Numbered from the stretch's first letter, positions 1 to 9,722 are shown. The stretch is DNA of 44,761 bases from Xanthobacter autotrophicus (GCA_017849325.1 JAFIHR010000458.1:1-44761); one strand, 5' to 3'. Program-made: numbers and translations. Notes: generated from the sequence alone by a model not told the origin.

Positions 1-345
1 GGCTTCATCGAAGGCCTCGCCAAGCGCGGCATTGACGGCCTGCTCGACCAGACAGCCGGGCGCCTCCGTGCGGTTGCCCATGGCCAGCAGCTCCGGCCTT
101 CCGAGCGCGTCGTAAATGTCCCGAAGCGTGACCGTGGCGAGGTCGCAGCCGATCGTCCATCCGCCGCCATGGCCCTTTTCGGACCGGACGTAACCCCGGT
201 CGCGCAGCCCCGCCATGATCCTGCGGATGACCACGGGATTGGTGCTCATGGCGCGGGCCAGCGCTTCGGATGTGATCGGAGCGGAGTGATCCGCCATGTG
301 CAGCAGGACGTGAAGCACGCCCGACAGTCGGCTATCTCTTTTCAT
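1..345 (-). CDS. Rrf2 family transcriptional regulator (3' end runs off the window)
   Basis: Manual translation from ATG at 345: [63 protein letters not shown]...PGCLVEQAV. This is a typical Rrf2 winged HTH. It is absent from the ORF track because no stop lies in the window. Confidence 0.88.
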   Translation of the reverse strand, partial: MKRDSRLSGVLHVLLHMADHSAPITSEALARAMSTNPVVIRRIMAGLRDRGYVRSEKGHGGGWTIGCDLATVTLRDIYDALGRPELLAMGNRTEAPGCLVEQAVNAALGEAFDEA

Positions 346-362
346 GTAACTTAATATGTTTC
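346..362. promoter_or_regulatory. Imperfect palindrome GTAAC-N7-GTTTC abutting the Rrf2 start codon; possible autoregulatory operator
   Basis: gtaacttaatatgtttc is AT-rich and directly upstream of the ATG at 345. The role is inferred. Confidence 0.4.
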
Positions 363-873
363 GTAAGCTTCCGGGTATCAAGGCCCAAAGCGAAAATTTT
401 GCGCAGCCAGGGCGCAAACGCCGGCGGCTCTGGAACGGCCGGCGCCAAGCCTCAGATCCCGGTCTGCTCCGACCCTTGCCCCGTCTCCGACCGGCCGGGA
501 CACCGATGATGGCAGCGGGACGACGTCACCGTCGCGCCACGAGCAGAAAATGGCTTGTGCCCGATAGCCGCCCTTCAGCTTCGCGCCCCGATCTCGGTCA
601 CTGATCTGGCAACGGCTGCGTCGCAAAAGCGGACATCAGCGAGTTGGGGCACGTCGGCACCGTGCCAAGAACGGACATCGGGTTCTGGCAGGGAAGCTGA
701 CATTCAGCGGATGTCGAGTTGATTGAACGCTTCGAACTACGCGAGACGCACCTCGCCAGCGGATGCCCGGTTCCGACATTAGGATTTGCGTATGACGAGC
801 AGCCAATGATTGCCGTCAGCGCATAGACAGTGCACCTGCAACCACCGTCTCCGGCGCGTAGCGCTGGATGAGA

Positions 874-1293
874 TCACATTTCCATGGCGGCTGCGATCGT
901 ATCGAAGTCCGCCTGCGTGATTTCGAAGAAGCCTTGGCGCATCAGCCATCCCCAATTCGGGTTCTCCCGTGAGAAGGAAAGCTGGCCGAGCAAGGGAGCG
1001 ATTGGCACTTCACTTGCGGGTCGGTAGTCGACATCTCGGCGCCAGGGATGGAACCCCGCCGACTGTGCAGCATGATAGGCTGTCCCCGGCCGCACCCGTC
1101 CGATTGCCGTGAAGGCGCGAATGCGCGCGCCTTCACCCATGCGTTCGCGTGGCGAATAATAAACCACGCCATCTCCAGCCGACAGCTTCCGGACCCGCGC
1201 TTCCCGGCCGTGACAGAACTGGCAAAACCCACCAGTCTCGGCAGCTTTGACATGCTCGCGGCTCGCGACACCGATCCAGTAGCGTGTCGTCAT
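874..1293 (-). CDS. EVE domain protein
   Basis: YWIGVASREHV...GGFCQFCHG...GDGVVYYSP...FTAIG...PWRRDV...GFFEI..DF is the EVE (PUA-like) pattern. ATGA overlap with the upstream VOC gene. Confidence 0.88.
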   Translation of the reverse strand: MTTRYWIGVASREHVKAAETGGFCQFCHGREARVRKLSAGDGVVYYSPRERMGEGARIRAFTAIGRVRPGTAYHAAQSAGFHPWRRDVDYRPASEVPIAPLLGQLSFSRENPNWGWLMRQGFFEITQADFDTIAAAMEM

Positions 1294-1652
1294 GCGGTAT
1301 GAACCGTGATCGTGTAGCCAAACGGATCGCGGAACGCAAAATATCGCCCGAACGGGCCGTCTTTCGGCGGGAAGGCGATGGCTAATCCTGCCGCCTTCAA
1401 CTCCTCATGCAGCGCATCGGCGTCATCGCAGCCGAACCACAGGGCAACGCCCCAGCCCAGCTTTCCTTGAGCCGATTCCAGATCCACCAGCGGCTTTCTG
1501 ACCGCGAAGGGAGCGGGCTTGCTGTCGAAGACCACCGCATCGGGCGTCTGCTGCAGCACAGGCAGGCCCAGCCTGTCGCCATAGAAGGCTCTGGCTGTTT
1601 GAAGGTCTTCGGCCTGGATGCCGATGAAATCGGGACCGGTCAGTCGGGGCAT
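1290..1652 (-). CDS. VOC (glyoxalase/bleomycin-resistance) family protein
   Basis: MPRLTGPDFIGIQAEDLQTARAFYGDRLGL...DGPFGRYFAFRDPFGYTITVH. RBS aaggag precedes the ATG at 1652. Confidence 0.87.
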   Translation of the reverse strand: MPRLTGPDFIGIQAEDLQTARAFYGDRLGLPVLQQTPDAVVFDSKPAPFAVRKPLVDLESAQGKLGWGVALWFGCDDADALHEELKAAGLAIAFPPKDGPFGRYFAFRDPFGYTITVHTA

Positions 1653-1680
1653 GGTTGTCTCCTTGACATGGACTGATAAC

Positions 1681-1694
1681 ATCAGGCGCCTGAT
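1681..1694. promoter_or_regulatory. Perfect 14-bp palindrome ATCAGGCGCCTGAT, likely MarR operator
   Basis: Lies in the short divergent intergenic region between the VOC and MarR genes, overlapping or adjacent to a TATAAT hexamer. Confidence 0.7.
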
Positions 1695-1719
1695 ATAATG
1701 TAAGGTGGCTGACACTGCA

Positions 1720-2148
1720 ATGACCAAGGACATGACCCCGCTGCTGGGATACCGGCTGAAGCTGGCACAGCACGCCCTGCACCGCCGCCTGGAGGCGGCG
1801 CTGAAACCGCTGGGGCTCAATCCTGCCCAATATGCGGTGCTGGCCGAGCTGAATGCGAGGCCGGACCAGACCAATGCCGACCTTGCCGAGCGGGCATTCA
1901 TCACCCCGCAATCGATGCAGGGCGTTCTGGCGAAACTGGAAGACTCAAGGCTGGTGGAGCGGCGGCAGGATGTTCGTCACGGTCGTCGCCAGCTCGCACG
2001 TTTGACGCCCGAGGGGCATGTGAAGGCCGAAGCCGCGAATGCCGAAGTGATGCGGGTCGAGGAGGTTCTGGAGGCTGCGGTCCGACCGGACGCAATTCAA
2101 GATGCCCTTGATCTGATGGAGCGGCTCCACAGCGCCATGTGCAGATAG
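1720..2148 (+). CDS. MarR family transcriptional regulator
   Basis: LGYRLKLAQHALHRRLEAALKPLGLNPAQYAVL...NADLAERAFITPQSMQGVL..LE...LVER...LTPEG. An alternative GTG start is at 1705. Confidence 0.9.
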   Translation: MTKDMTPLLGYRLKLAQHALHRRLEAALKPLGLNPAQYAVLAELNARPDQTNADLAERAFITPQSMQGVLAKLEDSRLVERRQDVRHGRRQLARLTPEGHVKAEAANAEVMRVEEVLEAAVRPDAIQDALDLMERLHSAMCR

Positions 2149-2319
2149 CGCCGGGAGCTGAACCAGACGATGCCTTCCCGCATCGAGTATTGTCGGTCAT
2201 CCGATCAATGGCGTGACGCGACAGAGGGAACATCCGTGACGTTGCCCCGAACTTTTGCGTAGTCCATTCGCGATCTTTCGACGTCGTCGAATTCGCGACA
2301 CTCACCGGGGGCGGCTGGT

Positions 2320-3033
2320 TCAACCATCGCCGGCAATGTTGGAGCCCGTCGGCAACATCGCGTCGGCCGAAGCCGAGGAACCGGGAACCGCCTGCCAGCG
2401 GATCAGTGCCTCGCGCCCCGCGGGCGTCAGGTCGTAGATGCCGCGATCCGCACGGGCGAACCAGCCATAGACATTGTCCAGGAGGATTTTTCCGGCGTTG
2501 GGCGCGAACGCACGAAGGTCGCGCGGGCGTTTGGGGGCCTCCACCATGGCCAGGGCACAGGCGAGCGCCTGCTGCCGATATGCGGTCATGATGGGGGTCC
2601 GAGACCCGCCCCCCACCGCCGGATCGCCCAGCCGGCGCCTGTGCTCATCCACGAGCCGCGACCTGCGGCGCGGATCCTTGCGCGGCATCGGAGCGGTGGG
2701 GCTGACGATGATCGTTACCTCGCCCGCGGGCGAGACGCCAAGCATCCCGAAGCCCAGGCGCCGACACAGGTTGCGGAAACGCGCGTCGCTTTCCCGTCCG
2801 TTTCCGCGCGCCGATGTGCGTGCTGCGAGCCAGACCTCGTCGCAGGCGGTGGCGCGGTCGACGGCCTGGAGGACGAGTTCCAGATTGAAGCTGAGCTTCA
2901 ATTCCCCGATGACCACGATCGGCGGTCCGTCTCCTGCAAGCGCAACCAGGTCGCAGCCGCCGACCTCGCCTTTGACGGCAAAGCCGAGGCCTTCCAGAAA
3001 CGCTTTCACGGGTGGGTAAAGGGATGTCTCCAG
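2320..3033 (-). CDS. DUF2161 family putative PD-(D/E)xK-fold protein
   Basis: ETSLYPPVKAFLEGLGFAVKGEVGGCDLVA...ELKLSFNLELVLQAVDR...IMTAYRQQAL...NVYGWF. The start is probably CTG at 3033 behind a ggag RBS (start uncertain). Confidence 0.78.
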   Translation of the reverse strand: METSLYPPVKAFLEGLGFAVKGEVGGCDLVALAGDGPPIVVIGELKLSFNLELVLQAVDRATACDEVWLAARTSARGNGRESDARFRNLCRRLGFGMLGVSPAGEVTIIVSPTAPMPRKDPRRRSRLVDEHRRRLGDPAVGGGSRTPIMTAYRQQALACALAMVEAPKRPRDLRAFAPNAGKILLDNVYGWFARADRGIYDLTPAGREALIRWQAVPGSSASADAMLPTGSNIAGDG

Positions 3034-3049
3034 GATACGCTCTCCGTCA

Positions 3050-3760
3050 TCAGGCCGGCCTGTGCCGGGCGGGGCCGGGAAGGCGGACCTCCGGATTGGT
3101 GGCGATCCAGATGATATGGCGTGCCCCCCGCCCTCCATTGGCCCGTACCCGAGCCTCTTCGACGCCAAACCCCGTCTTGCGAAGCCGCTGGGTGAAATCC
3201 CGGTCTGGTCTCGATGACCAGACGGCCAGCAGGCCGCCGGGCCTCAGCGCTGCCCTGGCCGCGCTGAGGCCGGCACTGTCATAAAGCCGGTCGTTGGCCG
3301 CGCGTGTCAGCCCTTCGGGGCCGTTGTCGACATCAAGCAGGATCGCGTCGAACGTCGTCTGGCCGGCATGGATCGGGGCGCCCACATCCTCCTCGCGGAT
3401 GCTGACGCGCGGATCGCTCAGGCAACCCGCGAAGATCTCCGCCATGGGGCCGCGTGCCCACGCGACCACCGCCGGCACCAGTTCCGCCACGACGACACGG
3501 GCATCGGGCCCGAGTTCGGCGAGCGCCGCGCGAAGGGTAAAACCCATGCCTAGCCCCCCGATGAGCACATTTGGCTTGGGGTGGTCCCGAAGCCTGGCGC
3601 AGACCATCGTGGCGAGCGCCTCTTCCGACCCGCTGAGGCGGCTGTTCATCAGCTCGATGGAGCCTGCCATGATCGAGAATTCCGCGCCGCGCTGCATCAG
3701 GCGGAACTGGCCGCCGCCATCAGGCACTTGCGCGGTGTCGAGCTGCGACCAGGGGATCAC
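3050..3760 (-). CDS. Spermidine synthase-like SAM-dependent methyltransferase-fold protein
   Basis: VLIGGLGMGFTL (SAM-binding motif I), FDAILLDVDNGP, LRPGGLLAVWS. GTG start. Confidence 0.83.
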   Translation of the reverse strand: MIPWSQLDTAQVPDGGGQFRLMQRGAEFSIMAGSIELMNSRLSGSEEALATMVCARLRDHPKPNVLIGGLGMGFTLRAALAELGPDARVVVAELVPAVVAWARGPMAEIFAGCLSDPRVSIREEDVGAPIHAGQTTFDAILLDVDNGPEGLTRAANDRLYDSAGLSAARAALRPGGLLAVWSSRPDRDFTQRLRKTGFGVEEARVRANGGRGARHIIWIATNPEVRLPGPARHRPA

Positions 3761-4081
3761 GGGTCACTCTTCGGTTGAGGATCACGTTTTACGAGCCGCC
3801 GTATATAGGCCAAACCTCCGTCCCACCGCCACCGGCCAGCAGACGGCTACGTGCCGCCGCTCGCTGAGCAGGCTGGTGCCCCAATTTGAGGGTCAAGGCG
3901 AGTCAGAGGTCCGCCACGGACCGCTTTCGCCGTGCCCGACCGCGCCAAAAGCGGACGCCGTGCAGCCGCCACAAGGCGGACATTCTCGGCGAGCATTCCC
4001 GGTTTCGGAAACCAGGTCTCGGCCATGCGAAATATCCGATTTGAGATCGCCCCTATGCGCGCCAGGCTTTCATCCGCCACG

Positions 4082-4979
4082 CTACTTCTTCGCGCGAAAT
4101 TCGCGCGGCGCAAGGCCAGTCGCCTTTCGAAAAGCACGAGCGAAATTGGCGGAAGAGGAATATCCCAACTCTGCCGAAATATCGGTCACCGACCCGCTCG
4201 TGTGGTGCAACAGCTCGGTGGCGCGCTGAACTCTGACCGCAGTCGTGAGGCGACGAAAGTCAGTTCCAGCATTGTGCAACTCTCGCTGCAATGTTCGAAC
4301 GCTGGTGTCTATCGATCGGGCGATATCGTCGATCGCCACGTCGCCGGCGAGAACCTGGGTACGGATCTGCTCGACCGCGACGCCGAGCAGGCTCTGCGGA
4401 GCGCCACCAGGCCGGTCCCGCGCCACATCCTCCAAGGTCACGATTGGCCGCGATGTGCGCTTCGAGCCCGCCATCAGGTAGCGTTGTTCGGCAACGACCG
4501 TCACCGCGGGCGCGTTGAAAAGCACCGGGCACTGAAACACGTCCTCGAAAAGAGCAGCCTGGCGCGGCGTTTCGATGTCGAGCTCAATGCGCAAGGGACG
4601 CCAGCTCTCGGGCAAATATGCCCTGAAGAGACTGAGCAACTCGCCGGCTGCGGCGCTGGCGACAGCGGCGTATTCTTTGGCGCCGGCCAGGGAAGATGCG
4701 TAACTATATCGGACTTCGCCGGCTACGGCCGTACTTGGCGGCATCCATGACGGGCGCAATCAGGAGTCCGAGATTGGGCTCGCCGGCTGTTTTTCCAATC
4801 GCATCGACGAAATCAACCACCCCCTGTTGCGGAATGAAGCAATTGCGGCCTTCGATCAGCTCGAAATCGAACCCGGCGGCACGATTGGCCCGCTGCAGCG
4901 CCTTTTCCCCGATTTCGTTTCGCACGAATGCGGGCAGGCCCTGCAGGACGTGACTGGAGATCACCGGGACTGCGGCCAT
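4082..4979 (-). pseudogene. AraC family regulator (ligand-binding N-terminal domain plus HTH) broken by a frameshift and probable internal deletion near 4725-4735
   Basis: The N-terminal part MAAVPVISSHVLQGLP...GEPNLGLLIAPVMDAAKYG (from 4979) and the C-terminal part VAGEVRYSY...SVRTLQREL...ISAELGYSSSANFARAFRKATGLAPREFR are in different frames. Confidence 0.75.
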
Positions 4980-5149
4980 GTGACGAGGATCCCTGAACAT
5001 GCCGATGTGGCGCAGAATGAGTGGTTTCGGTATCGGCTGCCGCTTAGCGTGGCAACAGGGTGCTGCGGACTGGTCGTGAGAGATTTGCCCCCATACGCAG
5101 GGGGTGGTGTCCGTACATGGCGAATAAGCCCGCAAAGGGGACGCGAACG

Positions 5150-6760
5150 ATGATCCGGCCAACCTTGATCGGCAGCCTTGCCTTGATTCTTGCGGCAGGC
5201 CCTGCCTTCTCTGAAGTTTCCACCGAAGCCGTCACATCGCTGGCGGCGCCCGGCACGATCGACACCCGTGCCGGAAAACTCGAATTTCGTGATGGGGTGC
5301 CGACGCAGGAAACCGCGCAGAAGGTCTACGACACACTGGACTTCACCCGTGCGCTCAACGTTTACAACAACAGTTTCCGAGGGGCGTCGGCGCTGGCCAT
5401 TGTCAAGGGTTTCCAGGGGATCGGCGCCAATCCAGGCGACGTCGTCATCTTCTCCGGGCTGATGGATTCGAATTCGCTGTTCCTGACCGCGAATGCCGAC
5501 ACGGTCTACTACCTCACCGGTCTCGACCTCAGCAAAGGCCCCATGGTGATCGAGCAGCCGTCGGGCGGCATCGGTACGATCAATGACATGTGGTTCTCCT
5601 GGATCATCGACATCGGCGCGCCGGGACCGGATCGCGGGCTCGGCGGAAAGTACCTGATCGTCGGACCCGACTATAAGGGACCGCTGCCGGAGGGCGGTTA
5701 CTTCGTCGCCCATTCGAAGACGAACTTCGCGCTCTATGCCGCGCGCGCCAATCTGGTCGGCAATGATCCGAAGCCGGCTGTCGAGAACATCAAGCACAGC
5801 ATGAAGGTCTATCCCTATCGGCCGGGCGCGTTCGGTTCCAGCATTGCCCAGGCCCTCGACGGGTCGGTGCGGATCGCAGGCGAGCCGAAGATTCCCGAGA
5901 CGAAGTTCATCGAGGGCACGGGGCGTTCGTTCAACACCATCCCACCCAGTGACGACCGCTTTTTCGAGCTGATCAACGAGAACGTCCAGAACCAGCCCGC
6001 CACGAGCTACGACGTGGAGCTGGCCGGCCAGCTCGCCGCGATCGGGATCGTGCATGGCAAGGCATTCAAGCCCGACGAGCGGATGAAGAAGATACTCACC
6101 GATGCCGCCGCGGTCGGGCAGGCGACGGGCCGGGCGCTCAACTGGCGCTTCGCGATGAAGCATCCGGAATGGGCCTATTACGAGGGCTCGCACTGGGGCA
6201 ACATGCTGTGGGAAGGCGGTGCCTTCTTCGAGACGCCGCCGCCGGTGTTCGAAGCCGGCATGTTCAAGCCGCTGCCACCGACCGGGGCCCGAACCCTCGA
6301 TTCACGCGCGGCCTTCTACTACGGCTATACGCTGGACTCGCCGGGCATGATCATGCGCATCCCCGGTGTCGGCTCGCAATATCTGATGGGCTTCCTTGAT
6401 TCCGAAGGAAAGCTCTTCGACGGCGCGAGGACCTACAAGGTAATCTTGCCTAAGAATATTCCGGCGGCGGCGTTCTGGTCTTTCACGCTCTACGACAACC
6501 AGACGCGCTCGATGCTGCAAACCCCGCAGAAATACCCGCGCGCCGGCAGCCAGAGCTACCCCTCGCCGGCGGCCGAAGCGGCCAGAGATGGGTCCACCAC
6601 AGTCTATTTCGGCCCCACCCAGCCGAAGGGGGTCGCGCGCGGCAACTGGATCCAGACCGATCCCAAGAAAGGCTGGTTCACGATCCTTCGCCTCTACAGC
6701 CCGCTCCCGTCGTTCTTCGACAAGAGCTGGCGCCCGAGCGAGATAGAACCGGTCGAGTGA
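5150..6760 (+). CDS. Exported DUF1254/DUF1214 domain protein
   Basis: Signal peptide MIRPTLIGSLALILAAGPAFS; LTANADTVYY, GPDRGLGGKYLIVGPDY, FWSFTLYD, NWIQT...LRLYSP. Confidence 0.88.
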   Translation: MIRPTLIGSLALILAAGPAFSEVSTEAVTSLAAPGTIDTRAGKLEFRDGVPTQETAQKVYDTLDFTRALNVYNNSFRGASALAIVKGFQGIGANPGDVVIFSGLMDSNSLFLTANADTVYYLTGLDLSKGPMVIEQPSGGIGTINDMWFSWIIDIGAPGPDRGLGGKYLIVGPDYKGPLPEGGYFVAHSKTNFALYAARANLVGNDPKPAVENIKHSMKVYPYRPGAFGSSIAQALDGSVRIAGEPKIPETKFIEGTGRSFNTIPPSDDRFFELINENVQNQPATSYDVELAGQLAAIGIVHGKAFKPDERMKKILTDAAAVGQATGRALNWRFAMKHPEWAYYEGSHWGNMLWEGGAFFETPPPVFEAGMFKPLPPTGARTLDSRAAFYYGYTLDSPGMIMRIPGVGSQYLMGFLDSEGKLFDGARTYKVILPKNIPAAAFWSFTLYDNQTRSMLQTPQKYPRAGSQSYPSPAAEAARDGSTTVYFGPTQPKGVARGNWIQTDPKKGWFTILRLYSPLPSFFDKSWRPSEIEPVE

Positions 6761-6813
6761 TCTGGCGGGCGGTGGCATGCATCTACGAGAGAACCTTCAT
6801 GCCGCTCCGCGAA

Positions 6814-6837
6814 GACGGGGGCATTCTTGCCCCCGTC
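6814..6837. terminator. Hairpin between convergent genes (probable terminator)
   Basis: gacgggggca-ttct-tgcccccgtc, a 10-bp perfect stem. The U-tract is short. Confidence 0.6.
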
Positions 6838-6841
6838 GTGA

Positions 6842-7047
6842 TTATACGACTTTCTTGATGAGCGGCGGCTGCCATGTGCCGTCGAGAATGCCCTGCTTGC
6901 CCCAGTAGGCACGGATGTAGAGCGAGAAGTGCCCATCTGGCGCCGGAAGCCAGTTGGCCTCCTTATCCGCGCCCGGGATTTCGCACCCGCGTAGAGCGTG
7001 AGCGAGCCGTCGGCGTTGCGCTTCAGCGTCTTGTTTTTGGTGCCCAT
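6842..7047 (-). pseudogene. C-terminal remnant of a second DUF1214 protein, 5'-truncated and frameshifted
   Basis: [23 protein letters not shown], frameshift near 6975, then [38 protein letters not shown]. This parallels the C-terminus of the 5150-6760 protein. Confidence 0.75.
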
Positions 7048-7102
7048 GTCCGGACGAACTGGCACGCGCGTTTCGACAGTGTCCAAGGCCCAATGCGGGT
7101 CA

Positions 7103-7147
7103 TCAGATCTCGGTCTGTTCTGCCAGGGTCAAGGCGTCGTCGACCTC
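7103..7147 (-). pseudogene. C-terminal remnant of a small tyrosine recombinase/integrase
   Basis: Encodes EVDDALTLAEQTEI*. This resembles the C-terminus (...VRYLGIEVDDALxxAEQxxI*) I recall for a widespread family of ~200-aa proteobacterial tyrosine recombinases. Only 15 codons remain. Confidence 0.55.
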
Positions 7148-7151
7148 AAAG

Positions 7152-8390
7152 CTATCCCCTTGCGTCCGATCCGACGGAAGGCGCAAACGCCAGCACGAGC
7201 AGCGCCGACAGGAGAGCGAGCCCGGCGCCTGTGATGAACGTCGCGGGCGCGCCGAGGCTTTCCCAAAGTGCGCCAGCCAAGAGGCTCGCGACCAGCACCG
7301 CGACGCCGGTGGCAAGATTGAACAGGCCGAAGGCGGACCCGCGCAGATGCTTAGGGGCGTGTTGCGCCACGAGCTTGGCGAGAAGCCCTTGGGTGAGCGC
7401 CATGTGCGCGCCCCACAGGGCGATACCAAACAGCGCGGCGCCAAGGCCAGGGACGAAGGCAAGCACCATGTCTGCGCTGAACAGGAAGCTCAGGCCCGCG
7501 AGGAACAGCCATGTCGCCGGCGCGCGGTCGGCCCAGACGCCCGCAGGATAGGCGCCGATGGAATAGACGATATTCATGGTCACCAGCACCAAAGGCGCCA
7601 GCGCCAAAGGCAGGCCCGCATCATGAGCTTTCAGCACGAGAAAGGCTTCGCTGAAGCGCGCCAGAGTGAAAACGACACCGATGATCACCACGGCCCAGAA
7701 GCCGCGGCCCAATTGGGAGAGGTCGGAAAGCTGCAACACCGGGCGCGTTGCGGGGTGCTCCGCGCGCCCCGCCTGGTCTTCCACCCCGAAGACCACCAGC
7801 AGAACCGCCAAAGCGCCGGGCACGAGCGCAAACCAGAAAACGGTGCGCATGTCGTCGGCGAACACAGCCATCAGCGCCATTGCGATGAGTGGCCCGGCGA
7901 AGGCTCCCACCGTGTCGAGGGCCTGCCTCAGGCCATAGGCCCGGCCGCGCAGGAAAGGCGGAGTCACATCGGCCACCAGCGCATCGCGCGGCGCCCCGCG
8001 CAGGCCCTTGCCGACCCGGTCGGCAAAGCGGGCCGCCAGCACCACGCCCGGCGCTCCCGCAATGGCAAAGACCGGCTTTGACAGGGTTCCCAGACCATAG
8101 CCAAGAAGAATCAGAGGCTTGCGCCGGCCAATTCGATCCGAGATAACGCCGGAGAATACCTTTGCGATGGCGGCTGTGGCCTCGCCGACTCCTTCGACGA
8201 TGCCGACCATCACGACGCTGGCGCCCAGGGTGCTGGTCAGGAAGAGCGGAAGGAGCCCATGGATCATCTCGGAAGAGATGTCCATGAACAGGCTCACGAA
8301 GCCGAGGGCCCAAACGGTCCTTGGGATCACAGGGCGCGGACTTGCCGAATCCGGATCACGTTCCAGCTGCGTCCTCTCCACGTCCGGCAT
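7152..8390 (-). CDS. MFS transporter
   Basis: VWALGFVSLFMDISSEMIHGLLPLFL, SDRIGRRKPL (motif A), DRVGKGLRGAPRDALVAD; about 12 hydrophobic segments. RBS ggagg precedes the ATG at 8390. Confidence 0.9.
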   Translation of the reverse strand: MPDVERTQLERDPDSASPRPVIPRTVWALGFVSLFMDISSEMIHGLLPLFLTSTLGASVVMVGIVEGVGEATAAIAKVFSGVISDRIGRRKPLILLGYGLGTLSKPVFAIAGAPGVVLAARFADRVGKGLRGAPRDALVADVTPPFLRGRAYGLRQALDTVGAFAGPLIAMALMAVFADDMRTVFWFALVPGALAVLLVVFGVEDQAGRAEHPATRPVLQLSDLSQLGRGFWAVVIIGVVFTLARFSEAFLVLKAHDAGLPLALAPLVLVTMNIVYSIGAYPAGVWADRAPATWLFLAGLSFLFSADMVLAFVPGLGAALFGIALWGAHMALTQGLLAKLVAQHAPKHLRGSAFGLFNLATGVAVLVASLLAGALWESLGAPATFITGAGLALLSALLVLAFAPSVGSDARG

Positions 8391-8682
8391 CACCCTCCGC
8401 GTGCATCCTCGCTGTGTCTTTTGGTCTGGGGCCGATTGGATCAGGCCCTCGCCGCGGCAGCAACGATCACTTTCAAACAAAATGCGCGAAGCGCGGACGG
8501 CGGAAGTCCATAAGCCTCGTCATACCGCAACCGACGTGAAGCGGCGGGTCTGTCGCATGCGGCACAGGTTGGCGCGCCTTTGAAGGCCATAGCCAACGCA
8601 GCCGAGACGGAGCTCCGCCGACCGACCTCCCTGCTCCTGAGGGCAGGGCCCTTCCCTCCAGGCTGTCGGCTTCGCGGGGCGA

Positions 8683-8700
8683 GCTTACGGATTTGTAAGC
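8683..8700. promoter_or_regulatory. Palindrome GCTTAC-N6-GTAAGC resembling a CopR/CusR-family (cop box) site
   Basis: gcttacggatttgtaagc lies about 150 bp upstream of the COG4705 genes and their OmpR-family response regulator. Confidence 0.55.
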
Positions 8701-8849
8701 CACCGGACAGCTGGCCGCGAGGTTTCCCAGCCAAAAGCAAGCGCGAGCCCGACGTCGCGGGTGCGAAGCCGGATCCTGGCGCTCCGTGGGAAGCGCGGGT
8801 CTTGTCAATTCGAGAAAGGCGGGTGGGAGACGCCACCCGAAGCACCGCC

Positions 8850-9665
8850 ATGGATACACTTGCGCTCGATGCGGCGCCCCCAGTCGCAGACCGCCGATCC
8901 CCGCACCCCAACCGGGTCCCCGAGGTGACGGCCGATTTCTGGCTCGTGAAGCTGCTGGCCGTGACCGTGGGCGAGACGGCAGCCGATTATCTGAACATGA
9001 ATCTCGGCCTGGGCCTGTCCGCGACCTCGGTCATCATGGGCGGGTTCCTCATCGCCGCTCTGGTTCTCCAGTTCGCGCAGCGCAAATACGTGCCGTGGGT
9101 CTATTGGCTCACCGTGGTGCTCGTCAGCGTCGTCGGCACGCTGATCACCGATAATCTCGTGGACAATCTCGGCGTCAGCCTGGAGGCAGCCACGATCGGA
9201 TTTGCCGTCGCGCTCGCCGTGACATTCTCCCTCTGGTCCCTCGTCGAGGGAACGCTCTCGATTCACACGATCTGTACGTTCCGCCGCGAGGCATTCTACT
9301 GGCTAGCGATTCTGTTCACCTTCGCTCTCGGCACGGCGGCCGGAGATCTCGCGGCGGAAGGGCTGGGGCTCGGCTACCTGTCGGCGGGATTGGCCTACAC
9401 GGCGGTGATCGGCGTCATCGCGTTCGCCTATTTCGTCTTCAAGGCCAATGGCATCCTCGCCTTCTGGCTGGCCTACATCTTCACCCGGCCCATGGGTGCC
9501 TCCTTCGGTGACCTCGTCTCCCAGCCGGCCGATGCCGGAGGACTGGGCCTCGGCACGACCCTGACGAGCCTCGTCTTCCTCGCCTGCATCGCCGCGGTGA
9601 TCGCCTTCATGACGCTGACCCGGAAGGGCGAGGAGGCCGGCGGCCTCCAGGATGCGGATCGCTGA
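8850..9665 (+). CDS. COG4705/DUF347 repeat membrane protein
   Basis: NRVPEVTADFWLVKLLAVTVGETAAD...YWLAILFTFALGTAAGD...FWLAYIFTRPMGASFGD...GGLGLGT. Confidence 0.85.
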   Translation: MDTLALDAAPPVADRRSPHPNRVPEVTADFWLVKLLAVTVGETAADYLNMNLGLGLSATSVIMGGFLIAALVLQFAQRKYVPWVYWLTVVLVSVVGTLITDNLVDNLGVSLEAATIGFAVALAVTFSLWSLVEGTLSIHTICTFRREAFYWLAILFTFALGTAAGDLAAEGLGLGYLSAGLAYTAVIGVIAFAYFVFKANGILAFWLAYIFTRPMGASFGDLVSQPADAGGLGLGTTLTSLVFLACIAAVIAFMTLTRKGEEAGGLQDADR

Positions 9666-9722
9666 AGCCGCTCGCCCACCACGCCCGACAATGCCTCCCC
9701 CTCAACCCGATCGGATCATCCC

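Noticed and set aside
609-780. CRISPR array or integron attC array
   Set aside because: The repeats are degenerate, overlapping and irregularly spaced. There are no cas genes or integron integrase, and no clear RYYYAAC/GTTRRRY ends.
8560-8680. Riboswitch upstream of the COG4705 or MFS genes
   Set aside because: GC-rich hairpins are present but no conserved aptamer motif was recognised. An Rfam search would be needed.
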